This document shows positions 35,601 through 48,300 of a stretch of DNA of 64,000 nt, in pieces. Under the pieces are notes generated by a model. The model was not told the DNA's origin. It did not search any database and was given only the letters and a program-made list of their open reading frames with translations. Position numbers and translations under genes: made by a program. Position 1 is the stretch's first letter. Each line of letters opens with the position of its first letter. This DNA comes from Somniosus microcephalus (lineage: Eukaryota), in assembly GCA_052327205.1 (NCBI GenBank), contig CM126207.1:180048001-180112000 (forward strand), written 5' to 3'.

Positions 35601-36870
35601 TGTCCGCGCTGTCTGCTCACAAGATGGCAGACCCCACGAGGTCGGGCAAGATGGCGTCCAAGATGGCCACTCCCACGGCGCACACGCGGCGGTGGCGGGT
35701 TTTGGTTTTCCAGCGGGGTTCCCTCTGCACACCTTCCCAAAGTGCCCCTTCTTACCGCACTTAAAGCAGGTGGTGCCTTTCGCCGGGCACAGGTTTCTGG
35801 TGTGCTTTGGCTGCCCGCAGAAGTAGCAGTTGGGTCCCCGACGCGTCGCGGCTGTCGTAGGGCTTCTGGGGGGAGAGCGGGGCCCCAACGGTGTCGGGCT
35901 GCCGGGCGGGGAAGATGCCTTCCAAGATGGCGGCGCCCTTGGTGCACACGTGGCAGCGTGGACGGCGCGGGCTGAAGAGTAGGCGTCCGAGTTTCTCTGG
36001 GCCACATCCAGGGATCGCGCGGTGTCCGCAGCCTGTTTCAGGTCCAATCCCGTTTTTTCCAGCAGTCTTTGCCGGATGTAAGTGGAGCTGAGGCCTGTGA
36101 TAAAGGCATCGCGAACAAGCTCGTCGGTGTACACTGCGGCTTTTACATCTCGGCACTTGCAGTCTTTGCCAAGCATTTTCAGGGTGCCTAGGAACTCCTC
36201 CACCGATTCCCCAGGTCGCTGTGCGCGAGTGGCGAGCAGATGCCTAGCATACACCTCATTCGTAGGCTGCTGGTAATGCGCCTTTAAGATGTCACAGGCG
36301 GCCAGGTACGTGTCGGCGTCTTGGATGAGGGGGTAAACCCGGTGGCTTACCCAATTCCGCAGAATTCCGAGTTTCATACTCGCAGCGTCCGTAGCGTCTT
36401 TGACGGCTGCGGAATTGTCCAGGAAGAATTCCATACACATAAACCAGTGTCCGAAGCATGCTGATGCGTCCGGAGCATGCTGATCCAAATCCAAACGTTC
36501 GGGTTTCAGGAGTTGATCCATTGTGTTGAAAAATAAGTTAATACAATTGATGTGCCTCAATAATCCCGAGACTCGATGTCAGCGAAACAAAACAAGGCTT
36601 TTATTAACTTAGAAGATAACACGCAGTGGAGAGAGGTATCTTCCCTGGAGGTCTGCAGTACTGGCTGTGAGGCCAGACTGAGCTGGCTTACATAGAGGCC
36701 AGGTATGGGCGGAGCCCTACACAGAACACATTCCATACATTCCAATACACAATACAATGGTGAGGAGAAACCTGAAACAAACCAACCACAGTCACAGGCA
36801 ATACAATGGTAAGGGGGAACCTGAAACCAACCACAGTCACAGGCAGTGATGAATGGAATATTTCATCACA
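32671..36870 (-). mobile_element. Ty3/Gypsy element D (different lineage, YLDN RT), 3' LTR truncated
   Basis: 5' LTR at about 36870-36548 (TGTGATG...CACATCA). Only 76 bp of the 3' LTR remain (32746-32671). PPT GAAGGGGTGAA. Confidence 0.9.
32757..36521 (-). pseudogene. Single gag-pol ORF of element D with one nonsense codon at 33300
   Basis: Start MDQLLKPERL, two CCHC knuckles, IDSGS, YLDN, ESDAS, HTDRG. ORFs 33300-36560 and 32757-33284 share a frame. Confidence 0.92.
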
Positions 36871-37431
36871 CTAATGAAAGGGAATGCTGTGGATGCAAAG
36901 AGTAAGTTTTGGCACCTGGTCTTTGATGAAGAATTGAGTGTCCTGATTACTTTTTCAGTCCATTTGCACAAGCTTGTTGGAATCTCTGCAGCTTCCGAGG
37001 AAGTTCAGAGAAGACTTCATAAGGTACTTGACAATCTAGAAGGACTTGTTGTCGTAGTGGAAGACATTTTGGTCTATGCTACAGGAGGACAGGACCATGC
37101 TCAGAAACTGGAGGGCCTGATGAAGCGATGTGAACAAAAAGGTGTCAAAATGAAGAAGAAAATTAAATTCAAGGAATGGGGAGTGAAATATTTGGGCCAC
37201 AGACTTTTTGAAGATGGACTAAAACCAGACTCTGATAAAGTTGCAGCAGCCCTTCACCCACCACAAGCAATGTGACAGAGAATTCTTGGCATGATTAACT
37301 ATCTGCATAATTTTTCTCTGAAGTTCTGAGATCTAACCACTCCTCTTTATGACCGACTGAAGAAAGAAGTGAACTTTGTATGGGAATGTCACCATGAGAA
37401 ATGTGTTGAAGGTCAAGATGATTATCTGGTG

Positions 37432-37850
37432 TCAGCCTTGGCTCAGCGGTAGCCCTCTCGCCTCTGAGTCAGCCAGTCGGGAGTTCAAGTCCCATACCAG
37501 AAACTTCAGCACATAATCTAGGCTGACACTTCAGTGCCTGAGGGAATGCTGCACTGTTGGAGATGCCGTCTTACGGATGAACTGTTAAACTGTCTGCTCT
37601 TGTCAGGTGGATGTAAAAGATCTCATGTCACTATTTGAAGATGAGCAGGGGAGATCTCCACAGCATCCTGACCAATTATTATCCCTCAAACAATATCACT
37701 GAAACAGATTATCTGGTCATTTATCTCATTGCTATTTGTGGGACCTTGCTGTGCGCAAACCAATACTACGCTTTCCTACAATGGTTGGTTTTAAAGTGCT
37801 TTGGGATGTCTTGAGGTCATGAAAGGCGCTATATAAATGCAAGTTCATCT
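37432..37850 (+). mobile_element. Near full-length tRNA-headed Deu-type SINE
   Basis: A box TGGCTCAGCGG, B box AGTTCAAGTCC, and the standard body and tail. Confidence 0.85.
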
Positions 37851-37959
37851 CTATCTCACAACCACCAGTACTAAAACAATTTAACATCAATGAGGATGTA
37901 TTTCTACAGTGATCTTATGAATGAAGGTCAATCTGTAGCTGATGCATAATGATCTCTAA

Positions 37960-38457
37960 TTTTTTTAAATTCGTTTATGGGATGTGGGCGTCGCTGGCAA
38001 GGCCAGCATTTATTGCCCATCCCTAATTGCCCTTGAGAAAGTGGTGGTGAGCTCCCTTCTTGAACCGCTGCAGTCCGTGTGGTGAAGGTACTCCCACAGT
38101 GCTGTTAGGGAGGGAGTTCCAGGATTTTGACCCAGCGGCGATGAAGTAACAGTGATATACTTCTAAGTCAGGAATGGTGTGCGACTTGGAGGGGAACTTG
38201 GAGGTGGTGGTGTTCCCATGCGCCTGCTGCCCTTGTCCTTCTAGGTGGAAGAGGTCGCGGGTTCGGGAGGTGCTGCCAAAGAAGCCTTGGCAAGTTGCTG
38301 CAGTGCTTCTTGTAGATGGTGCACACTGTAGCCATGGTACGCTGGTGGTGGAGGGAGTGAATGTTTAAGGTGGTGGATGGGGTGCCAATCAAGCAGGCTG
38401 CTTTGTCCTGGATGGTGTTCAGCTTCTTGAGTGTTGTTGGAGCTGCACTCTTCCAGG
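37960..38457 (-). mobile_element. 3' fragment of the same LINE family as 28585-29486
   Basis: Reverse-complement match, including GGGCAATAAATGCTGGCCTTGCCAGCGACGCCCACATCCC. Confidence 0.8.
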
Positions 38458-38597
38458 CACAGAGATAAACTATATTCAAGATCAACAAAGAATTCTTAAC
38501 CATTGTTTTGGTTTCGAGTAGTTTGAACATTGTGCCTCGGAAAGAAAATGTTTCTTGATGACCTGCTGAGCAGAGCTTATATACCTCATATACATAA

Positions 38598-39150
38598 AAA
38601 TACATAGAACTTACAACACAGAAAGAGGCCAGTCGGTTCAACCAGTTTGTGTTGGCATTCACCCTCCATGCGAGCAAATAATCCTAATGACGTTTACCCA
38701 CCCATTTCATATATCCCTTCATCCACCTATCCAATCTAATCCTTAATATTCACAGTTTCTGCCTCAATCACTAACCCTAGGAATGAAGCCTCACAACGCT
38801 CTGTGTAAAGAAGTTTCTTCTGTCCTCTGTTCTAAATCGCTTACATATAATCTTCTATCTATGGCCCTTTGTTCTTGGCCCTTCAACTACTGGAACCAGT
38901 TTGCTTCTATCGATCCTGTTCCATTATTTCAGAATTTTAAACACTTCTATCAAATCGCCCAATAATCCGCATTGTTCTGACCAAAAAAGACTCCAATTCT
39001 TCAAGTTGTTCTTTGTATTTGTATTTCCTCATACCAGGCAGGACCCGAGTGAATCTGTGTGTACTCTCTCTACAACCTCAATATCCTTCCTATAGGGTGG
39101 AGCCCAATACTGCACACAGTACTCTAACTGAGGTCTTATTAAGGTTTTAT
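38598..39150 (-). mobile_element. Old CR1 3' fragment
   Basis: Degenerate CR1 3' region (CATAGAACTTACAACACAGAA..., AATACTGCACACAGTACTCTAACTGAGGTC). Confidence 0.6.
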
Positions 39151-40479
39151 ATAAATCATATCAATTCACATGTACTCAGAAACAGAAAAAAATCAAAAAC
39201 CATCAATTATACTGCAATATTTACTCCATCTAAAGATTTAACAAGTTACTGGAGTGGCTAAAGATCTGTAATTATTGAGAATGGCAATTAGCAAATGACG
39301 GGCTGACATAAATGAAGTACTGCCCAAGATTGCTGGGCACTGCAAGATTAGAGCTGAACTGTGCATACAGGATGGACTAGTAACAAGGGAGATGGAGTAG
39401 TTATAACACTCAGTGTGACAGAAGAGATGAAGTGCAGAGATCACTCAAGCCACACCAGAATCCAAGGTTGTCTTTGGCGAGCTAGAGAAGTGATTTACTG
39501 GCTTCTGGTGAACAAGGGGCATCAAGACATATGTATGAAGGAGTGATGTGCGTCAGCGGTTTCAAGTCAAACAGCAAAAAAGAACCATTTAGTAGCTGCT
39601 GAATTCCAGAGAGGTCCTGGGATAATAAAGGATGGGATCTGTCTGAAATTAATGGAAGAAACTCTCTCACATATTCTGACTATTAATCTCATTTTTTTTT
39701 AAATAGTTTAATGAAAAAAGGGAAAGAAATTATAGCGAGGACAAATGCTCTTTTTGCATGCCATGGTAATTCAAATGAGTTTCTATCAGACAATGGGGGG
39801 GCCGTTTAACTCAAGGGCCCTCCAACAGCTTGAACAGTGTGAGTTCAGATACATCACCAGCTCGCCAAGGTATCCACACTCAAACGGCAAGGCACAGAAT
39901 GCTGTTAAAAATGCTAAAACACACCTAGAAAAAGCATACGCATTTGGCACTGACCCTTAACTCACTGGTCTTGTCTGGTACAACACACCAAGTTAAATAC
40001 TGGACGGCTCACCAGCTCTATGTTACAATAGTGACAATGCCTCAAAAAGTACTTCATTGGCTGTGAAGTGCTTTGGGAGGTCCGGTGGTCGTGAAAGGTG
40101 CTATGTAAATGCAAGTCTTTCTTTCTTTTTCAAAGGACTATTTGGCAAATGAACCAAGACATTTCCCTCCCTACAGCAAGCCACCTCCTAAAACTAAGGC
40201 CAATCAGTGACGTGAAAGAGAAGTTATACCTCAGTAAAGCCAAACAGACATGATTATACAATACAGGATTACACAAGCACAGAGAAGTCAGAATTCAGCC
40301 AGTGGAACAAGGGAGTGGCTATCGAATTCTAGAACATGAGAACTGAAAGTAGAAAACACCTGGGAAAACATAACCAACCTTTGTGAAAAGACACGATAGG
40401 GCAGTCACGCACACCGTAACACAAGTGGAACTACCCAGGCAATCCACTATAAACAAATGACAGCCATAACAGAAAAAGT

Positions 40480-40790
40480 AAGAAAGATTTGCATTTATAT
40501 AGCGCCTTTCACAACCTCAAAACGTTCCAAAGCGCTTTACAGAAAATGAAGTACTTTTGAAGTCGAGTCTTTGTAGGAAATGTAGGACGTACGACAGTCA
40601 AAATGCGCATAGCAAGGTCCTACAATCAGCAATGAGATAATGACTGCTTAATCTGTTTTAGTGATGTTGGTTGAAGAATAAATGTTGGCCACGTCGCTCC
40701 TCTACTTTGAAAAGTGCTTTGGAATCGTTTACGTCCACCTGAGAAGGCAGATGTCTCATCTGAAAAATGGCACACTGAGTGCAAGAAAAA
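40480..40790 (-). mobile_element. Deu-type SINE fragment
   Basis: Reverse-complemented tail GAAAGATTTGCATTTATATAGCGCCTTTCAC. Confidence 0.7.
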
Positions 40791-41269
40791 TTAAACTACC
40801 AGATTCCAGATAAATCTGCCGTGGAAAGAATGTCCGTTAACGACCAAAAATTAAAGACTCCATCCCACCCAGGGATTATTGAAGACGTGTCTCTGAATCT
40901 CACTGGTATTTTCTCAACCTTTTCCTTTTCAATGAGCAGGCTATTAAGCAGGTTTAAGGCTCTCGAGATGCAACTGGGGATCAATTAAAGGTTGACTAAT
41001 GGAGCAGACTACAATCTAAAGGTGCTCAAGGTCATGTTCTGTCACTAGGATTCTGCTGCCAGCAGAGAGAGGAGGAAACAGCACCAGATTATCTCACATT
41101 TTATGGTGTCATCATATCCTGCTGCAATCTAAATGAATTACCATTACATTTTGTTATTGGAGGAGGAGAGGGGGAGGGAGGAATGAGGAGTCATGAGTAG
41201 TGATGAAACGGTGCCCAAGCATTGATAAGTGCCAACACCACCGTTGCCTGTTGCTCCCCTGCTTCACGC

Positions 41270-41670
41270 AGTACATGGAAACAGGCCATTCGACCAACTA
41301 CTCCATGTTATCGTTTACCCTCCATGTGAGCAAATGGACCCAATCACATTCCTGATCCCACATCCCTTCAACCCCTTTTCTTTCATCCATCTATCCAATC
41401 TATTACAGAACATTGACATATTTTCTGCCTCACCACCAACCCTGGGAGTGAATTCCACAGCCTCACAACTCTCTGTGTGAAGATGTTTCTCCTGTCCTCT
41501 GTTTCAAATCTCTTACATTTTGCATTTATGGTCCCTCATTCTTGACTCCTCAACTACCAGTCTACGTTTATCTACTATGTCCCATGCTTTCAGAATTTTA
41601 AATACTTCTATTACATTGCCCCATAAATTATTCGAACAAAAAAGACCCAATTTTTCAAGTCTTCTTTTGC
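41270..41670 (-). mobile_element. Old CR1 3' fragment
   Basis: LEKLGLF...GNVIEVFKILK (ORF 41513-41695). Confidence 0.6.
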
Positions 41671-42371
41671 ATTTGTTTGGGGTCCAATTTCCCATTGGGT
41701 TTTAGCGCAGAAGATGTGATTTATTTTCTATAGTCGGAGGAGAAATAGTTATATATGGCTGTAAATCTGGTAGTACTTGTAGTATGTACCTAACAATAAA
41801 GGGAAGTCTCCTTTTATAATGCAAAAACTGCTTTTCTTTATAGTGCCGGAAGACTGGCTTCTACATTCGTACCACACTGTGTGAGGAGACCATTTCCTCT
41901 TCTAGTCCTGCCTGGAATGCCAGTCTAGGCATGGAAAGCACAGCAGAAATTGTGACAAATTGCCTGAGCTACATCCATTCAGGTGTGGAATGAAGAAAAC
42001 GGCCATTTGATCCATCAAATCCATTCCTTCCATGGACCATGAACAATCCACTCAATCAATGACTCTACCCAACCTATTTAATCTTCTGGGAAATGGTTGT
42101 GTAACTTTCCATCCAGCCCTTCCCCATGCAAAAGCAAGTTAAGCAAAACTCTACAATAATTCCTAACCTTACAACAACATCTTGCATTTACACAGCACTT
42201 TTAACATATTAAAATGTCCCAAACGCTTCACAGGAGTGTTAGCTAACCTAATTTGACACCAAGCCACATAAGGAGATATTAGGCCAAAGCTTGGTCAAAG
42301 AAGTACGTTTTAAGGGCCGTCTTAAAGGAGGAGAGAGGCGGAGAGGCTTCGGGAGGAAATTCCAGAGCTTA

Positions 42372-43142
42372 GGGGGTGATTTTGCCAATGGGGAGCTTTT
42401 GGAGGCGGGACTCCCACTTGTCGGGTTTCAGTCCCGCCTCCATCAACTTCTGGCCAACCCACGCTATTTTCCCTTGATTGACCTTGTTAAGCCCCAGGCC
42501 AATTAAGGGAAAGCCGGTTGCAGAGAATGTCAACGTATGACGTTTCATCTGTCAAATTTTTTTTTGTGAAGCTGTCAAACAGTGACATTCTCTGTAGTTT
42601 GATGAGGTCTTGAATTTAAGACCTCATCAAACACCTTTCTTTTGCAGAAATGAGATGGTTGTTGCATTGGAGAATGCAACAGCCATCTGTCATCTCTACC
42701 GCGGAGATGCAAGACTCTCCGCATACACACTGGCTGAAGCCTGCAGGAAGAAACAAAGGTAAGTACACTTTTTCTAACACTTTGCACTTATCTCAGCTAC
42801 TCACCTCTCCATACTTGCACCCATCACTCACCTCCACAGTACACTTTTGGACCCCTCCAATCCCCGCAGACCCACTGTTCGCCTCGCTGACCTGGCGGGT
42901 TTCGGAGCCTTCGGGAAGCCTGCACTTGTGAGGCCAAAAAGGGGATAATCCTCTTATCTGCCTGTTAACTACCTGTTAACAGGCAGCTAATTGGCTTTAA
43001 TCCCTTCCCGCCTCCAAGGAGATGGGACCCGGCACGGGATGGCTACCCACCTCCTGGCAAGATGGCATGGGGGCGGGTTGGGCATTTATCCCGGCAGTCC
43101 CGCCTCCATACCCGTTTCCCCAGGGCTGGCAAAATCGCCCCC
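42372..43142. mobile_element. PIF/Harbinger-type MITE
   Basis: TIRs GGGGGTGATTTTGCCA and TGGCAAAATCGCCCCC with TTA duplicated on both sides. Inserted in an L2-like remnant. Confidence 0.85.
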
Positions 43143-43459
43143 TTAGGGTCGAGGCAGCTGAATGCATGGCCGGCAAATGCATCCTACAAACGAGATCAGC
43201 TGGTTCTTTGACATGTATTTTCCACAGACCCAACAACTCCAGAGTCATTATGCTCCACCTCAGCATTCGATCATCTCTATCTGGACCTTTCCTTATAAAC
43301 CACAACCTCATTCCTAACCAGATTCACCCAGCTCTTTGTCAAAATGGCTAACTAATACAGCACTATTTATTTTGCTGAGCATCTATTCCATATATTGAAT
43401 GCTATGTGGGGGGGGGGGGGGGGGAAATATTCCCTCAAATTATTCCTTCAAATAAGCAG

Positions 43460-44472
43460 AATATTTTTTGAATGGCGAGAGACTGGGAAATGTTTGCATT
43501 CAGAGGGACCTGGGTATCCTTGCACAGGAATCGCAGAAAGCTAACATGCAGGTACAGCAAGCAATAGGGAAAGCAAATGAAAGAAAGAAAGAAAGACTTG
43601 CAATTATACAGTGCCTTTCACGACCACCGGACGTCCCAAAGCATTTTACAGCCAATTAAGTACTTTTTGACGTGTAGTCACTGTTGTAATGTAGGAAACG
43701 CAGCAGCCAATTTGCGCACAGCAAGTTCCCAAGAACAGCAATGTGATAATGACCAGAAAATCTGTTTTAGTGATGTTGATTGAGGGTTAAATATTGGCCA
43801 GGACACCGGGGAGAACTCCCCTGCTGGTATGTTAGCTTTTGTTACAAAGGGATTGGAGCATAAGAGTAAAGAAGTCTTACTGCAATTATACAGGGCATTG
43901 GTGAGGCCACACCTGGAGTACTGTGTACAGTTCTGGTCTCCTTACCAAAGGAAAGACATAATTGTCTTAGAGGGAGTGCAGCGAAAGTTCACCAGACTGG
44001 TTCCTGGGATGAGGGCATTGCCCTATGAGGAGAGATTGAGTAGACTAGGCCTATATTCCCTTGAGTTTAGAGGAATGAGAGGTGATCTAATTGAAACATA
44101 TAAAATTCTTAAGGGGCTTGATAGGTTTAATACTGAGAAAATGTTTCCCCTGGCTGGGGAATCTAGAGCATGGGGTCACAGTCTCAGAATAAGTGGTCGG
44201 CCACTTAGGACTGAGATGAGAACTGTCTTCGCTAAAAGGGTTGTGATTCTTTGGAATTCTCTACCCCAGAGAGCTGTGGATGCTCAGTCGTTGAATATAT
44301 TCAAGACAGAGGTCGATACATTTTTGTGAACTAAGGGAATTAAGGGATATGGGGATAGTGTGGGAAGGTGGAGTTGAGGTAGAAGATCAGCCATGATCTG
44401 ATTGAATGGCGGAGCAGGCTCGAAGTGCGAAATGGCCTACTCCAGCTCCTATTTCTTATGTTATGTTCTTAT
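43460..44472 (+). mobile_element. CR1 3' fragment containing an antisense SINE (about 43578-43825)
   Basis: QRDLG...MQVQQAI.KAN, then the SINE, then MLAF...RPHLEYCVQFW. Tail TTCTTATGTTATGTTCTTATG. Confidence 0.9.
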
Positions 44473-44501
44473 GTAATTTTGGAGCCTCAGTCCAGGTTAA
44501 A

Positions 44502-45395
44502 ATAAGAACATAAGAAATAGTAATAAAGGCCAACATACCATTTGCTTTCCTAATTGCTTGCTGTCCCTGCATGTTAACTTTCTGTGATTTGTGTACAAGG
44601 ACACCCAGGTCCCTCTGAACACCAACATTTCCCAATCTCGCACCATTTAAAAACACTCTGCTTTTCTATTCTTCCAACCAAAGTGGATAACTTCACATTT
44701 CTCCACATTATATTCCATTTGCCATGTTCTTGCCCACTTACTTAGCCTGTCTATATCCCCTAGAAGCCTCTTTGCATCCTCCTCACAACTTACATTCCCA
44801 CCTAGCTTGGTATCATCAGCAAACTTGGATATATTACATTTGGTCTCCTCATCCAAATCATTGATATAGATTGTGAATAGCTGAGGCCCAAGCACTGATC
44901 CTTGCGGTACCCCACTAGTTGCAGCCTGCCAACCCGAAAATGACCCATTTATTCCTACTCTGTTTTCTGTCCGTTAACCAATCTTCAATCCATGCTAGTA
45001 TATTACCCCCAATCCCATGAGCCCTAATTTTGTTTAATAACCTCTTGTGTGGCACTTTATCGAATGCCTTCTGAAAATCCAAATACACCACATCCACTGG
45101 TTCCCCCTTACCTATTCTGCTAGTTACAACCTCAAAAAACTCTAATAGATTCATCAAACACGATTTCCCTTTCATAAATCCGTGTTGACTCTGCCTAATC
45201 ATATTATTATTTTCTAAGTGCGCTGTTACCACGTCCTTAATAATAGATTCTAGCATTTTCCCTACTACTGATGTCAGGCTAACTGGTCTGTAGTTCCCCG
45301 TTTTCTCTCTCCCTCCTTTCTTAAATAGTGGGGTTACATTTGCTACCTTCCAATCCGTGGGAAGCGTTCTAAAATCTATGGAATTTTGGAAATAA
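44502..45395 (-). mobile_element. CR1 RT fragment with internal 3' deletion
   Basis: ORFs 44915-45460, 44647-44895 and 44456-44656. The tail is joined directly to MLAFIT. Confidence 0.88.
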
Positions 45396-48300
45396 GAAAA
45401 TTGCAGACCTGGATTATGTCCCCTCTCGACCTTTTTTTCTCCAATCAAAACAAGTTCCATTCAGTGAGTCTTTTCCATAACATAAGAGCCCCAAGTCCCA
45501 AAATTATCCTGGTCCCTCCTTTTGAAAGTGCCCAAATTGCACATAAAATTATTTTTCAACATGGGTAGAGATGATTTGGCCCCACAAACCTTATAAAATT
45601 GAGGAATGAAATTAGTGAAACTGTAAATGACATTTTTTCATGAGTTTATTAAATTCAGGAGAGATTCCAGGGAAAAGGAAAGTGGCTAACATAAATCCAT
45701 TATTGGACCTGTCAAGTCTTATTCACGTGCAGTAAGATGCACTTATTCAGGTTTAACCTATTTTGCTGTATTTCACGCCAAATAGTAAACAGAGCTCCAG
45801 CTGTTTAAATAGGCTTGTGATCTCCCTTACTAATTTTGATGATAAATTATATATCCATGAAACTGACAACTGCGCATTTTTCATGGGCCAAGAGGCAGAC
45901 TTGGAAAATCTAGACTCTAGTAAATATAACAGCAGTTGTGGCGAACTTTCAATCAAATTTTGAGAGGTTTGGTGGGTGAACACTTGGAAAAGCGGAATTT
46001 ATTGAAGGACAGGATTTGGAAAGGGTGACCATGTTTAACTAACATGCTGGATTTTTTTTTTAAAAAGATGTTACTAATATGGGGGCATGGAGAAATGCAC
46101 CTGATGTTATATCTGATACCAGCTGATCTTCTGCGGCATCGGCTCCTGTGGCACAGGTAGCCTGTAATCTAGAGCATGGCTGTGATGGTTAGCCACGGAT
46201 GTGGCCTGCCCCCTTAAGGTCACTGTTTATGTATTGGGATGTGGTCTAAATAGGTCAATTATGGGTGAATTGTTGTTCAAATTTTCTCCAGACTGCACAG
46301 ATCCTTTTCTTGAGCAGAAGCCAGGTTATCTGATACTCAGACAAAACAGCAGGAAATAACTTGCTTTCTTTCACTTTCTTTGTAATTGTTTTTTTAAGAT
46401 TGCTGAGATGCGATTTTTATGATGTTTCATAGAAATATTACACCTGAAACGTGACGTAGGAACAGGAGTAGGCCCTCGAGCCTGTTCCGCCATTCAATTG
46501 GATCATGGCTGCTCTGTACCTCAACTCCATTTACCCACCTTCGCTCCATATCCCTTGACACCCTTACCTAACAAAAATCTATCAATCTGTTTTGAGAGTT
46601 CCAATTGACCCAGCTTCGACAGCATTTCGGAGCAGAGAATTCCAGATTTCTATTAGCCTTTGTGTGAAAAAGTGTTTCCTGATTTCCCTCCTAAATGGCC
46701 GAGCTCTAAATTGAAGATTATGTCCCCTTGTTCTTGATTCCCCCAACAGAGGAAATAGTTTCTCCGTATCTGTAGTGTATGTACCCGTCTACCTTTAAGA
46801 GAACTATTGTATGTAACCGTTCATCTTTAAGAGAACTACTTTAGGTGTGGCACTACTTGTTTGGCTTCTGTATACTGTAATACCGACGGTGACCACACCG
46901 GTATATAAGTGTTGTGGCATGATTCCTTGGGCAGATTCGCCCTGACCTTCGAATAGTAAAGACCTGTTTGTTTGTTATTCCTGAAGCCTGTGTCGTTATT
47001 AACTGTACAACCCACAGACTTTACAGTGGCGACGAGTCCGATCGTACCCTGCGGCAAGACTACCAAAGCAACTAAAGAGCGTCGAAGAGAGGCAACCGCC
47101 CTCGTCGTTCTGCTGGAAGAAAACATGAAGCTGCAGCAATAGAAAGGAGGAAGACTTTAGCAACAAAAGCTTCCATCAGCAACAGGCACTGACTACCCTT
47201 CTACCACGGTGCGGAGTGAGCCGATCAGCAGGAAACAAGGCGGCCGCGGAGACTGTGAGTAGGGGAAAGTGTAAAGAATATCCGGAGGATAAGGGCTGTG
47301 CACTCGACCACGGTCGAGGGGGAGCGGAGCCGGTCAGAAAGTCGGGTCCAACGGCGTCGTGAGACAGCCGGACTGCGATCGGCGGGAAAAAGCCGGGCAG
47401 CGACCGAAGCCACGAAGCGCTGAGACCGGGAGCAGGCGCGGGAAGAGAGAAACTCAGCCGCAGCCGGGGAGGGAAGCACCGGACTGCGTGAGGGCTGGGA
47501 GGCGAACGGGAACAGAGCGTGTGGGAGAGGCAGAGCCGACCAAAGGAGGCTGCGCGAGAGCCAGTCCAGCGGCTGAACTGTCCTCCACCAACGGGGTACC
47601 CAGCGCCGGTAGAGCCGAGTGTGCGGGAGAGAGACAGAGCCGAGCAAGGGGAGAGAGACTGCGCGAGAGCCAGTCCAGCGGCTGAACTGTCCTCCACCAA
47701 CGGGGTACCCAGCGCCGGTAGAACCGAACGTGCGGGAGAGAGAAAGACAGAGCCAAGTAAGGGGAGCTGTGCGAGAGCCAGCCCAGCGGCTGAACCTGTC
47801 CGTTGTGGGGAAAGCGTACCCCTTCCACCAGGGAAGAAACGCGGGAAGCCGCCATTAGGCGGCGAAGACAACAGAAGCGGGAAACCGCCATTGAAGTGGG
47901 TGGGGAGAGAAGGAAAGAGCGGGAAACCGCCATTTTCGCGGGAAAAGCCGCCATCTTAGGGAAAAAAAAAGAAAAAAATTGTGTTGTACCCAAGGAAAGG
48001 AAGATGCCTAAGCGGGGGGACATCAACGATTTTAATTCTGAGATAGAAGACTGGGCCACGTACATGGAACGTATTGAGATACATTGTAAGGCTAACAAAA
48101 TAGCTAAGGATGAAAAAGCTTTAACCTTACTTAACATGATGGGTGCGAAAACATTCGGGTTGTTGAAGCATCTTCTCTCACCAGCTAAACCGGCGGATCA
48201 GACTTTCGATGATATTGTAGCAGTGCTGAAGGATCACTTGAACCCCACACCGTTGATACTGGCTGAACGATCCAAATTCTATGCAAGAACGCAGAAGACG

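Larger units (their letters stand above)
29540..40440 (+). mobile_element. Ancient, heavily decayed Gypsy element hosting nested insertions
   Basis: Ordered remnants: gag at about 29600-29850 and 31340-31900; PR-like VRFQLEFG (31991); RT at 32500-32670 and DAKSKFW / VVEDILVY (36871-37275); IN TSSPRYPHSNGKAQNAVK (39850). LTRs not recognisable. Confidence 0.7.

Noticed and set aside
37432-37500. tRNA gene (also the heads at 59815 and 59555)
   Set aside because: A/B boxes continue into SINE bodies and no complete cloverleaf is evident.
47176-48137. Long antisense and overlapping ORFs in LTR-element leaders (also 22335-23009)
   Set aside because: Expected from GC-rich, repetitive leader sequence. 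No recognisable domains and not conserved between elements.
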